Origin: the human T2T-CHM13v2.0 reference genome, Homo sapiens
Strand: one strand, 5' to 3'
NCBI RefSeq assembly: GCF_009914755.1
Contig: NC_060926.1
DNA: 64,000 nucleotides
The position numbers and the translations under genes are program-made. The first letter of the stretch is position 1; every line of letters starts with the position of its first letter. The notes under the pieces were generated by a model. The model made no database searches. It was given only the letters and a program-made list of their open reading frames with translations, and was not told the origin of the DNA. Below, piece after piece: positions 35,096 through 53,167 of the stretch.

Positions 35096-37293
35096 AACAA
35101 CTCTCATCATCCACACAATGGCCTTCCCCTAAGGTAGAATAAAAATATCACAAGGCAGATTTATGAGGCGATCGACCTAGAAAAAACCTGAGACTCTAGG
35201 ACTGTCTGATGTGTGGATGTCAAATCCTGGGAGATTCTGAGCCTCTGCTCTATGTGGACTCTATGTTGTGTAGCCATTTGTGGAAGGCTTCTGTGATTTT
35301 GTGACCTAGAGAAAATGAATCTCTGCTAAAATCAAATCTAAGAAAGATTGGCAAAGGGAATTTAAAGATTTCCTAAATTTTTGGAATTTCCCTAGGCATT
35401 AAAACATGAGAAGTGGCAATAATTCAAACCAACGATGCCCTCCAAGAATGAGGATTTTTCCAATGCATTAGGTTGGGTCCCCTCAGTGAGAAGGATGCCA
35501 AAGATTCGCATGCGGGCAGTATATTTACAAAGTGCGGGAAACAAGCAAGTGAGCAAGGGAGGGGAGGAGGGAAAGGGAAAGTGAAAAGTGCCTCAGAAGG
35601 AGCCACCTCTGAGGATGACGAGAGCTCAAGCCCACATAGAAACACAGGAAAAATGCCTCTGTTATTCCACCTGAGAGGTGAGGGAGCTGGGGGATGTGTA
35701 CACCTCCCTTGTCATCACTGATTGACAACCGTCCTAGGGGATGCTAATTCCAGGCCATGAGGTCTGCCTCATTTGCAGCCTGAGCTGCCTCCCCAGGTTC
35801 AGATAGAGCAGTGAAGGGGAGAAAGGGCCATAGAGAGTCAGCTGAAGTATAATGTCTAGAATCCCCAAGGCATAGTAACAATGACTGCTAAAATTATGCA
35901 CAAAGAAAAAGTGCATTTGAATCCAGAGATGTATCTCTCTGAATCTGGATATATGGATCCTGGCAGCCTGTTCGGTAGCCATTTCCCAGAAATCCAGTCC
36001 TCTGGAAAAGCAGGAGGAGGTTTGTGCATAGGCTGCACTACCTTGGTCTGGCCATGGGTAGTCGTGCATGAGAACTACTCCCTGGAGTATTTCTCAGTCC
36101 ACTGACACTGATGTAATTGGCTCCACTTCCCCTGCTGTTGAGCCAGGCCGACACGCCCTGGGCAAAGGCATCTGTGTGAAGTATTGAGGTGCAAATCAGT
36201 GCTTAAGATATGTTTGGATGCAAAACACTTTTTCATCTACATGGGCAGTGTCTTGGCAGAAGATGGAGATTCTCTCTAAATGCATGTGAGACAGCGTGGC
36301 TGGCATCTGGGTCAGGATGATGTCCTGGTGCATGGCAAGAACATGCCTTGTGCAGCAGCTGCCCTCGCTAAGGAGAGAGGCTCACTGACCTGGCTTTTCC
36401 CCCTCACCTGCTCTCCAGAAAGCCAGACTCTAGGGCAGATGCTCCTGAGACCCCAGGAACAGGCTGGTGGGGAGCGCAGCTCAGAGCATTACTCAGGGGA
36501 TGTGGCCTTTGTCATCCTACTTTGAAACAATTGACTATTTGAGCCTAGATTGATACAGGGCTTCAAGTTGATTTTAATCCAGGCTCCTATAGTCAGCGAG
36601 TGAAACAGAGATTTTAGTTGAAATAATGAGACCTGGTGTTACTAGTCAGCTCTCCATGCTGGAGAACCATAAGAAATTATACCAAAGGCAGGAAAGGGGA
36701 TAGAATATGGGGATCATCACGCCAAGAATAAGGTGCAGCCCATTTAGCCCCTGGGTCTTAAAGAGACCCATAGCTCTGGATAATGGCAGATCTATGCGTG
36801 ACACAGTTATCATCTTGGTGCATCTTCAGAGAATTGTTTTTCCTTTTACTCCTAGGGACAATGTCTTAAGTTTGTTAGTAAATTCTATTGAATTTATTAA
36901 AGATGCTTCTGATAAATTCTTTTTATATTCATTTCAAACAAGAAGCAATTTCACACTGACATTGTTATTATAGCACTAAATACTTTTACACTCATCAAAT
37001 TCCTTTGAGACTAACTGAAATTTCTGACAGCCCCACATTCTACAACTTTATTGTAAATTTTCTGCCAAAAATGATGCTTTCCTATACACTCCTAATACAA
37101 GTATAAATATATTATTTAATCTAGTCTTAGGTTGATTTAAAATTTTGAAAATTCACTCCAAAAATATGTTCTGTAACCATATGGCCACCAATGAGAAATG
37201 CATTCTTTCAAGGTAAATCTGTGCTGCCCTGGTTTGACCTGGGACTCTGGGGATACTGCGCCCCTGTGCTGAGTTACTGAGTTGAGCCAGCCC

Positions 37294-37376
37294 TGCAGCT
37301 GTGCTCAGCCTGCCCCATCCCCTGCTGATTTGCCTGTTCCTAGAGCACAGCCCCCTGCCCTGAAGACTTTTTATAG
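37294..37376 (+). promoter_or_regulatory. V-kappa promoter: intact pentadecamer, mutated decamer/octamer and TATA-like element
   Basis: TGCAGCTGTGCTCAG at 37294-37308. TGATTTGCCT at 37326-37335 (consensus TNATTTGCAT). TTTTATA at about 37369-37375. Confidence 0.85.
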
Positions 37377-37427
37377 GCTGGTCACACCCGGAGCAGGAGT
37401 CAGTCCCAGTCAGGACACAGCACAGAC

Positions 37428-37898
37428 ATGAGGGCCCCCACTCAGCTCCTGGGGCTCCTGGTGCTCTGGCTGCCAGGTAAGGAAGGAGAACACTAGGATT
37501 ATACTCGGTCAGTGTGCTCAGTACTGTCTGGAACTTCAGGGAAGTCCTCTGATAACATGATTAATTGCAACAATATTTGTTTTTATGTTTCCAACTTCAG
37601 GTGCCAGATGTGACATCCAGATGACCCAGTCTCCATCCTCCCTGTCTGCATCTGTAGGAGACAGAGTCACCATCACTTGCCGGGCGAGTCAGGGCATTAG
37701 CAATAATTTAAATTGGTATCAGCAGAAACCAGGGAAAACTCCTAAGCTCCTGATCTATGCTGCATCCAGTCTGCAAAGTGGGATTCCCTCTCGGTTCAGT
37801 GACAGTGGATCTGGGGCAGATTACACTCTCACCATCCGCAGCCTGCAGCCTGAAGATTTTGCAAATTATTACTGTCAACAGAGTGACAGTACCCCTCC
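37428..37898 (+). pseudogene. Immunoglobulin kappa variable subgroup 1 orphon (IGKV1/OR-type): leader exon 37428-37476, intron 37477-37600, L2+V exon 37601-37898
   Basis: Leader MRAPTQLLGLLVLWLP with G|GTAAG donor and ttcag|GT acceptor. Exon 2 reads [27 protein letters not shown]...WYQQKPG...[10 protein letters not shown], with both Cys and the Trp retained. No other V, J or C segment is in the window. The exact paralog cannot be named without alignment. Confidence 0.95.
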
Positions 37899-37926
37899 CA
37901 CAGCGTTACAAGTCATAACATAATCC
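37899..37926 (+). promoter_or_regulatory. 12-bp-spacer recombination signal sequence (variant)
   Basis: Heptamer CACAGCG (37899-37905), spacer TTACAAGTCATA, nonamer ACATAATCC (37918-37926). Confidence 0.9.
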
Positions 37927-38862
37927 CCAAGGAAGCAGATGTGTGAGGCTGGGCTGCCCCAATGCTCCTTCTGGTGCCTCTATCTGCTGAGGGAAGTTCT
38001 CAAACTCAGTCAGGTTTGGAAAGTCATTGGGAGATTTTCCTAGAGGAGGCCAGGGAGGTTCCTCTGAACCCTAAGCCTCTTTCACCCTCATCCCCAGCAG
38101 AAAAGATGTGACAATGCCTGTCCTGACTGAATAAAGAAGAGAGATAAGTCCAACTGAGGAGTCTGTGTTATGGGATAATCGGAATTTGTACAGCAAAAGA
38201 GAAGCTATTCTCAGTATTTCAAGGAGAAATTATTCAAGTTGAATAAATTAGAGCCTAAACCACAGTCTTTCCGAAGCCTATGGAATGTTATTCATGAAGC
38301 AGGTATTAGACACAGGGGATTCTCAGGTGCTACTTCAGAAGCCAGGGTGCACCTGCCCCTGGTGGTATGTGCTGAACACCGTGTGATGATCCTCAGGCCT
38401 GTCTGGGAAGCCCAGGTCTTCCCAGACAGGGATGCTTTGATAAATCCACTGCTAGGTAGGTAATTCTTCTGTAACATTAATAATTCGGTTTTACTTTTGG
38501 ATCCTAAAGTGGGACTACTTAGAAAATCTGCAAAAATCATGCGAAGAAAATCATGTAAAATCATGATCTTTACTTAGGCACTTACAGGTGAAATGACGAG
38601 GTATCTGGAATTGCATTAAAATAGATCAAGGTGAAAAAGACTGACAAAAACATTAACTGTTAAAACTTGGGGCTATATATCAAAGACATTAGTTTCTCTA
38701 TGAGTATATTTCAAACTTTCCTCAATAAATTTTTTAAAAATTCAATTTAAAATTCAAGCCACAAATAAATGCTTTTTAAAAATTTCTTAGATTATACAAA
38801 TAGTGCCATAACATCAAGAATAATCCCAAATCATTCCATATACTTCAAAAGATACAAAACCA

Positions 38863-39228
<366 letters not shown>

Positions 39229-39323
39229 TTAAGAAAAAGAAGAAAAAAATATTCCCTAGATTCAGCCAGTTCCTTATCTCTACTGTCCTTCAGAGTCAAA
39301 TTTCTTTAAAAAATAAGCAACTC

Positions 39324-40400
<1,077 letters not shown>

Positions 40401-40753
40401 CTTAACAACTAAATGCAGTATATATTTCCAGATTGGATCCTGGACCAGGGGAAAAAAAATGCTATAAAGATCCTTTTTAGAACATCTGAATATAGACTAT
40501 ATCAGATAATAGAATATCAATGTTACATTTCTTTAACTTGGTAATGTACTATAATCACATAAGGAAATGTCCTTGCTCTTAGGAAATATACACAGAGGTA
40601 GTTAGGGACAAACTAGCAAATGATTTAGGGGAAAAAATGATACCTACAGAGAGAGCAAACACAATAAAGCAAATATAGCAAAACATTTTCAATTGCTGGA
40701 TCTGGGTAAAGGGTATACAAGATTCTTGCAACTCCTCTATTAGTTTGAGATCA

Positions 40754-41065
<312 letters not shown>

Positions 41066-41341
41066 TTAAACCTCCCACATTCCCTGTTACATGTAAGATA
41101 AAAGTTTGAACTCCTTGGTTAGGCTCTCTGTGATCTGACTCTTGCCCCCTCTACCATTATCGGTCATCAACTGAGAGGAGGACCACAACCAACATCCTAC
41201 TCTCCACACACAAAGATTACAAATTTCTGAACACACCAAACTGCTTTGTTCCATGTCAAACATGTTCTCTCTACTTCCTGCACCTTGTCTGTCTGACAAG
41301 CACCTTCTTATTTGATGCTATTCAAGCCTCACCTCCTCTTA

Positions 41342-41998
<657 letters not shown>

Positions 41999-42031
41999 TC
42001 ACTACTCCCAAATTATGTATTTTTAAAAATG

Positions 42032-42339
42032 TTTTTTATTTTTTATTTTTTTATTTTTTTTGAGATGGAGTCTTGCTCTGTCGCCCAGGCTGGAGTGCAG
42101 TGGTGCAATCTCGGCTCACTGCAAGCTCCGCCTCCTGGGTTCACACCATTTTCCTGCTTAGCCTCCCAAGTAGCTGGGACTACAGGTGCCCGCCACCATG
42201 CCTGGCTAATTTTTTTATATTTTTAGTAGAGACGGGGTTTCACCGTGTTAGCCAGTATGGTCTTGATCTGACCTTGTGATCTGCCCGCCTCAGCCTCCCA
42301 AAGTGCTGGGTTTACAGGCGTGAGCCACAACGCCCAGCC
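42032..42339 (-). mobile_element. AluY element
   Basis: 'gcaagctccgcctcctgggttcacaccatt'. TSD taaaaatgtttttt. Confidence 0.95.
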
Positions 42340-42911
42340 TAAAAATGTTTTTTTCTTTCCATGTCCCTGATACAGCTTTTCATCAACTTTCCCAAAGTAT
42401 GAAAAGAAACACGTATTTTTCACTAAGAGGTCAACCTATTTTCAATCTCTTACACCATTCTACATGTTGATGAACATAAGTTCTAATAAAATTTTATCTG
42501 TTTCTCATTACTCATAAATATCATCTATTTATCTAATTGCATCTAAATGTTATTTTATTGCAAATATCCCATTCACCAACTTCAAAAAGAGAAAAACAAA
42601 ACAAGCATCATTAAAAACAAAGCAAGAAAGTAGCAAAATAGATAATTCCAATATCACCTATAAGTACTCAGTTATCTTAAACAAATGAACTCAGATTGTC
42701 GACAAAAAAATCCAAGGCCCATTCATTAAAGCAAATAAATAACTCATATAACATCTAAAAATCTCACTCATGACCTATTTTCCTTTACTTGTGACCCAAA
42801 TTTAGTTACTGGAGTATCTTAGACACTAGCAAAATAGAAAGGTAAGACAAGCTTCTGGACAGATTGTAACGGCAGACAGCAAAGAAACAAAATACACAAA
42901 AAAAGTCTATA

Positions 42912-43204
<293 letters not shown>

Positions 43205-43608
43205 GTCTATATAGAATCTTAACATAGTCTGCTAGAACAATTTTTTTTCTAAAGAAAATACATCAAATTGAATAATATTAAATGACAGGAAAAGGAGTAA
43301 ACATTATAGAAACCTCCTTTAAAAATTAAAAACTATTTCAACTTTAAAATGAATGGGTATTAACAGCTCAGGGAGCACATCTGCTTCTTCAAAACAGGCA
43401 GAGTAGGAAAAAAATGTTGCTAATTTTTAAGAAATCATATAAATCAGTTTTTTGATCATTATTAAACTATTCATAATAAAATTAACATATTACAACCATT
43501 CATACAAATGTTTACTACAGACACACCTGAACTCAAGCAGTATTAACATTTCAATTTATTTTAGGAATGATGAAAAAATTATTCCAACATTTAAGAGACC
43601 ACCATTTT

Positions 43609-43903
43609 GGCCAGGCCCAGTGGCTCACACCTGTAATCCCAGCACTTTGGGAGGCTGAGGTGGGCAGATCACCTGAGATCAGGAGTTCAAGACCAGCCTG
43701 ACCAACATGGAGAAACCCCGTCTCTACTAAAAATACAAAATTAGTTGGGTGTGGTGGTGCATGCCTATAATCCCAGCTACTGGGGAGGCTGAGGCGGGAG
43801 AATTGCTTGAACCAGGTGGTGGAGGTTGCGGTGAGCCAAGATCGCACCATTGCACCCCAGCCTGGGCAACGAGAATGAAACTCCATCTCAAAACAAACAA
43901 AAA
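43609..43903 (+). mobile_element. AluSp element
   Basis: 'cctgaccaacatggagaaacccc'. Confidence 0.92.
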
Positions 43904-44321
43904 AGAACACCACTTTTCATTTTACTGAATTACCTTTCCTGTTCAAGAGCATACTCCAACATTTTGATCCTCCTCACAAGATCCTTCTTCAAATTTTCTT
44001 GGCCCTTCCTTTCTCCCTGTAGAAAGGTAATCTGGGCCTGAGTAGGGGAAAGACAGACAAAATTCAGTTTAGACCAAAAAAAAACCAGTTTTTTTTAACT
44101 CAGTAAAGAACCTTTGGAAGTTAGAACAATTAGATGCAAAAATATTTCCTTTACACATTTCTCACAAAGCATGTAGAAATATAAAAATGCACTGACTGCA
44201 AGGGGGAAAAAGGATTTAAGTTAAAAAGGGTGGGGGGACATCTAAATGCATTGTACTTCAGGGTGGGGATTTTACAACACATAGTACACATCATTTAAGA
44301 GTCTACAATATAAAACAACTA

Positions 44322-44660
<339 letters not shown>

Positions 44661-46034
44661 CTAAAGCGTTTGTCTTTTTGCCATCAACAAGATCTTTTTA
44701 TAAAGCAGGAAGGGTTAAAGTAAAATCAGTTCTTATATTCCCCTTGCACAAGCTTCATCATATATTTAAATTTTATGACAGATTCCTTAAGTGACTTTAT
44801 TTTGGACCTCCCCTACAAAAAATAAATTGCTCCCTTTTCTCAATCCCCACCATTTTTCTCACCCACCTTGACATGTAATCCATAGAAAAAAGAAAGTGAA
44901 AGTTGGGAAAAGGAAAATTAGAGACAATGGCCTTCTGCCCATTCCTGCCCCCCACCCCAAGGAATTACTAAAACCCTACATTTGAACATGAAACAAACTG
45001 TAAACAACTTTTAAAGTCAGTAAAACCGATGGGCTAGGAAAGAGTAGCTCTCCAGAATATTAAGAGAACATTTACAACTGAAATACTATCTTTCACATAA
45101 GAAATTGAAACTATGTCACAAACACTAACTTGTTAAAGTGACTCATAATACCTCTTAAAAGTCACAAGGGCCTCAAAACTAGCTATAAATTTCACTATTC
45201 TCACATATACCACCACCCCCGTCTTTTATACTGACCCACTAAGACAGGTAACAATGTTATTTATGTATCTACAGTGCTTTCCATTAAGTGAGCAAGAACT
45301 TTACATTTAAGGATGACCTTGCCACATCCCTAAGGAATTGTGAGGATTGTGCAACTCAGGTTTAGCAAGTGAGCCATTAAACTTAATTCTCATTCAAACT
45401 TAGTTTGAATGACCTTTGTTTCTATTCTGTACCACAAGAAACATAAAATCCAACTTATCTAGTCTCTTATAACTTTCAAAATATAGGTAGTGTTGAGCTT
45501 TTCTTTTCATTTCAATATGCTCTTAAATTTTACATTACAATTAAAGGAAGGATTACATTTATCTTACTGAAATAAAAGTGGTCTGAAAATCCCAATTCAA
45601 TTGTTTTCAGAGGAAAAGGCATCAAATATCCACAAGACTCTTTTGAAATTATATATTCTGCAGTGGGATAATTATGTTACCTAACCAGAATAGTAATGAC
45701 ACATGCATTTAAAGCTGATAAAAATGAAAGTCTTGTCAAAAGGAAGTGACAGCCCAACTTGTCAGGCCAAACATGCTTTGGCATAGAACTTTATATGCTC
45801 TTTAAAATGATTTTAATAAAAATAATAAGCTAATCAATGCAATCAAACTTTGAAGGTAATAACAATATCAATTATCAATTTTGTCCTCTCGATACTCCTT
45901 GGCTAGTTTTGCATTTCTGCTAACATCATTGGTCCTGGATGATTCTGAAACTTCAGCCTACAGTACCGTAAAGTCTTTACTGTATATGTTCAACTTCAAG
46001 CATAAGAGAAGTTACAATTAAAAGCATAATCAGA

Positions 46035-46490
46035 GGCTGGGCACAGTGGCTCAGTCCTGTAATTACAGCACTTTGGGAGGCCGAGGTGGGAGGATAACTT
46101 GAGCTCAGGAGTTTGAGCCTAGCCTGTGCAACATAGCGAGACCACTTCCCTACAAATAATTTAAAAAATCAGCCAGGCATGGTGGCATGTGTCTGTGGTC
46201 CCAGCTACTTGGGAGGCTGAGACAGGAGAATCACCTCAGCCCAGGAGGCCAAGGCTGCAGTGAGCAGTGATCACACCACCACACTCTAACATGGGTGACA
46301 GAGTGAGACCTTGTCTCAAAAAAAAAAAAAAAAAAAAAAAAAAAGGGGGTGGGGGGTGGGTGGCGGGGTGGTAATCAGGGCCAGGCATGGTAGCTAATGC
46401 CTGTAGTCCCAGAACTTTGGGAGACTGAGGTGAGAGGATTGCTTGAGGCTGGAGTTTGAGACCATCCTGGCCAACATGCCAAGACGGCTC
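46035..46490 (+). mobile_element. AluJ (46035-46344), a G-rich spacer, then an Alu left monomer/FLAM (46379-46490)
   Basis: Alu consensus matches, with a poly(A) followed by G runs. Confidence 0.88.
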
Positions 46491-47201
46491 ATAAAAATAT
46501 TAAAAATATAAAAAATAAAGTACAATCAGATTTCTCCTTTTCCATCAGATGGATAAAGTTCAGTAACTTAATAATATGGTAGAAAACAGACATTTATATG
46601 TTAGCTGTGGTGATATAAACCAGTTTCACTTTATAGAGGACAACTGGTAATATCTGTCAAGTTTATAAATGCATATACCCTTTAACTCAGCAATTTTAGA
46701 ATGTTATCCTTGAAATATATATTTGTACATACATGAAATTATATAATACATTACTGATAAAACACAGACAAGAATATGTATACAACCCAAATGACCACCT
46801 AAAGGAGACTGGTTAAATAAATGAGTATAATTGAAAGAAAATTAGGACCTGAACTAAGACCTTTGAGAAAAGAGTAAAAGACTATGAGAATAATGTCAAT
46901 CTTTTACCTTTTTTTCTCTAGAAAACTAAGACATTAGAAACAAAAAGTCTTAAAACACATTCCTACATAAAAAAAAGAATTCCTTCTGTAAAACGACCTC
47001 AGTCGAAAACATAATAATTGGTATAAATTCTTACTCTTTTAAAATAAAGATTAAATTCCAGCTAAAAATTCTCCAGATATGGCAGTATATTGCTCTTTGA
47101 ATTGAACTGAGGAAAGGCGAGGGTGAGAGACATAAAAGATGAAAACAGTGAAAGGAAGAAATAAAGGGAAGGGAAAAAGTAAAAAGAAAAAGAGGAAAAT
47201 A

Positions 47202-47789
<588 letters not shown>

Positions 47790-48094
47790 AGTGTTATGAA
47801 TAAATATGTTTAAAAACTTACAAATCATCAACTGCCATTTATCAGTACAACTAAACTTAATGATAACAGGATATATTTCTGGAGAAGAAAACTTTGGAAT
47901 TATTTTCAAGGAAAATGAATGTTGAACTTCCATGATACTTTATGTGTATTTTTCACAGTATAGAAAATTAGATATTCACTTCCTAACCATCATAAACAAA
48001 AAAGATAAAAATAATAGAAGGAAGATATTTTACTATTTAAGTCTGCATGACAGAAAGAAAATTTATTTTTTTATTTAATTTTTTATTTTATATA

Positions 48095-48375
48095 TTTATT
48101 TTTTTTGAGATGGAGTCTCACTCTGTTGCCCAGGCTGGAGTGCAGTGGCACCATCTCAACTCACTGCAAGCTCCGCTTCCCGGGTTCACGCCATTCTCTT
48201 GCCTCAGCCTCCTGAGTAGCTGGGACTACAGGCGCCCGCCACTGCACCCAGCTAATTTTTTGTATTTTTAGTAGAGACGGGGTTTTACCGTGGTCTCAAT
48301 CTCCTGACCTCGTGATCCGCCCGCCCCGGCCTCCCAAAATGCTGGGATTACAGGCGTGAGCCACCGTGCCCAGCT
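48095..48375 (-). mobile_element. AluY element
   Basis: 'gcaagctccgcttcccgggttcacgccattc'. Confidence 0.93.
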
Positions 48376-48541
48376 GAAAATTTATTTTTATATTATTTTC
48401 AATTCTAATTTGTCAAAAGGATATATGTAAATAGGAATATAAATCTTCTATATTTAAACAGGTTTATCTGCATACGTAATATCTAATAAACAATTAAAAT
48501 ATTTAAAATGTACCACTTAATTTATTAAAGCCCCACCACCC

Positions 48542-48836
48542 TTTTTTTTTTCTTTTGAGACGGATTCTCACTCTGTCGCCCAGGCTGTAGTACAGTGGTG
48601 CGATTTCGGCTCACTGCAACTTCAGCCTCCCGGGGTCGAAGTAATTCTCCTACCTCAGCCTCCTGAGTAGCTGGGATTACAGGTGCGCACCACTATGCCC
48701 AGCTAATTTTTGTATTTTTAGTAGAGACAGGGTTTTACCACTTGGTCAGACTGTTCTCAAACTCCTGACCTAGTGATCCACCCACCTCGGTCTCCCTGAG
48801 CCCTGGGATTACAGGTGCGAGCCACCGCGCCCAGCC
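48542..48836 (-). mobile_element. AluS element
   Basis: Antisense full-length Alu. Confidence 0.92.
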
Positions 48837-49303
48837 TTATTGAAGCCATTTTAAACTACTGTGCATTCTGAAATTTAAAAGGGCTAGGATTCAAAATTGA
48901 AATCACTGAGAAGTATATTCAAAATGAAAAATACACAAAATTCTTGGGTTGGACACTTTTCAGTAGCTTTTCAGTTACTTGGTATGGAATATAAAAAGCA
49001 TTCACTTTTACAAAAATCTAAAATAAAATATTATAAAACTTGATTAATTTAAGGTTCTCATCTTTTGATTTGAACACAAACTTCAAAGTAAAAGAGGAAA
49101 TATATAAGTAAAAGTCAATTATACGGTTACAGTGTACAGTGAAGTTTCAATAATCTGCTTTATGTCTTAATGCCTTCTATAAACTGTATCTATTCCCTCT
49201 GAAAAGCTTTGGATTATATTATCCTCTTAAATCCAGGCTGCTAGTTTTCTCTGGCACCTAATCACTGCCTCTAGCCCTCTCTCTTAAAGACAGTGTCTTT
49301 ATC

Positions 49304-49795
<492 letters not shown>

Positions 49796-49880
49796 CTTAA
49801 ACCATTTGTAACACAGTTAGAAGGCCAAAAACAAAAAACAAAGCAAAGCAAAACAAAACAAAACAAAAAGCAGGAAATAG

Positions 49881-50215
<335 letters not shown>

Positions 50216-50974
50216 AAGCAAAGAATAGTCCCAGAACCCTCTTTTTTTCCCCAAAGTGTTGGGATTACAGGTGTGAGCTACCACGTCCAGCCCCAGAACC
50301 CTACCCTTTTTACTCCACAGAAGTATGGAGTCTTATACAGGCCTTCAAGCTGACAGATGAGTACATACTAGCTTTTTGATTCTCTTCCAAATTCCTTATT
50401 TATGACTATACTTTTGGCAGTCTCCTGATAAAATGAAATCTACCAATGTATTTCAGTTCAATCACGTGTTTGGGAAATACCTACTTCCCATCAGGTCTAA
50501 ACTGCTGTAAAGGAGAATATAGGAAAAACAAATAAAACCAAGTTTCTACCCACAATGTACTTCCAATCTAGTTAGGGTAAAAAAGCAGCACACATATGTT
50601 CACAAAAACAGCTAAGAAAAGATAGTGCAGTACTAATAAATGAGGATTCAAGTGATAAAATCAAATATTTGTATTTCTTCATTTAACAATATTAGCTAAA
50701 CACCTACTTTGTGCCTGGCACAGTTATTGGTACTGGGACTAAAGTAGTGACAAAACAAAACAGAGCTAACAATCCAGTGAATGAAACATATGTTGCCTAA
50801 GACGTATGTGTACCAGTAGCATACGTTATATTTACTTAGAACCAGAAACACAGTTGCAGGCAAAAGCAGTGAATATAAAAATAAACACAAAAAGCAACCG
50901 GATGCCTATTTAACTCTAGAGTCAAGTAGAGAACTGATGTTCAACTTAAAAATTGCTTGCTTGCTTATTCATTT

Positions 50975-51130
50975 ATTTGTTTATTTCTTTGAGACAGGGT
51001 CTCACTCTGTTGCCCAGGCTGGAGTGCAATCATAGCTCACCGCAGCCTCGAACTCCTGAACTCAGGCAATCCACCTGCCTCAGCCTCCCAAAGTGCTGGA
51101 ATTACAGGCTTGAGCCACCACGCCGGGCCT
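50975..51130 (-). mobile_element. Internally deleted Alu / monomer fragment
   Basis: Antisense Alu fragment of about 150 bp. Confidence 0.8.
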
Positions 51131-51518
51131 ATGTGTTTTTAAGGAGGCCGGCCTGAGTGTGGTTTTCCTTGTTGAAATGTGTCTCTAAGCAGGTTCCTGG
51201 CTCCTGGACTTTCTGGGGCAGGGTTTCCACCCTGTCCCTGGGCAGCCCAGGGGCTGACCCGGAAACCGTGAATTCAGCATGCTCAGCAAAGCCTGCAAAG
51301 CCATCCTCTTCTGGACAAAGTTCAGACTTCAATTCCTCTGTTCTCAGATGTCAGGCATAGAGCAGAGCCTTGTTAACCACGGTCACACTGTTTCATACTG
51401 AATTGTTACAAATTAGTACTTATTCATCCTGCGTAACTGCAACTTTGTATTTTTAACCAATACCTCTTCATTTCCTCCTGCTGATGATCAGGGTATATCC
51501 ATAGATAATCATCACATT

Positions 51519-51905
<387 letters not shown>

Positions 51906-52096
51906 TCAATGATCACACCCTATAGAGGTGGCAGATTTGATACAACAGCCAGTGAAATTTTTGACGACAAATATTGCAGACTGCAAGAGACGCTTCTTGT
52001 TCGTGGAAATAGAAATAAAGCATGGTGTCTGCGCCCGGCTTTCCGCTGTAAGCTGAAGTACTTCACGGCAGCAGGAATTGGGCAACCCACCGTTTA

Positions 52097-52561
<465 letters not shown>

Positions 52562-52631
52562 TCATTACATGATATACACGTGCTTGGAAACAGTATATTA
52601 TATGTCATAAATGTGTACAATCATTATGGAG

Positions 52632-52925
52632 TTTTTTTCTTGAGACAGGGTCTTGCTCTGTTGCCTAAGCTGGAGTGTGCAGTGATGCAATCATGGCTCA
52701 GTGCAGCCTTAACCTCCTGGACTCAAACCATCCTTCCACCTCAGCCTCCCCAGTAGCTGGAAATACAGGTCTGCACCAGTAGGTCCAGCTAACTTTTGTA
52801 CTTTTTTTTTTAAGAGATGGGATCTTGCTATGTTGCCCAGACTGGTCTTGAACTTCTGGCCTTGTGATTCTCCCACCTCAGCCTCCCAAAGCGCTGGGAT
52901 TACAAGCGTGAGCCACTGCACCTGA
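52632..52925 (-). mobile_element. AluJ element
   Basis: Antisense Alu with J-type features. Confidence 0.9.
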
Positions 52926-53122
52926 TCCGAACGTTGACTCTTAAAAATAAAATAAAACTTTAGAAAAGAAGAAAATCTAATGGTGGTTTTTGTCTTTTCA
53001 TTGGCTCTGTGTTACTTCGTAGCTGCAATTTTTCTTTCCTTCATTAAGTCAGCTCCAAATTTGCAAACTCAAGTGAAAGGTGAGTGAGTTTTTTGTGTAT
53101 CTTCTTGGCATGGGGTGGTGAG

Positions 53123-53129
53123 TGTGTGT

Positions 53130-53166
<37 letters not shown>
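53123..53166. repeat. (TG)n microsatellite
   Basis: About 17 uninterrupted TG units plus a degenerate flank. Confidence 0.95.

Positions 53167-53167
<1 letters not shown>

Noticed and set aside
37585-37923. ORF-track start at 37585 for the V segment
   Set aside because: That ATG is intronic. The real start is in the leader exon at 37428, and the last residues of the ORF are RSS read-through.
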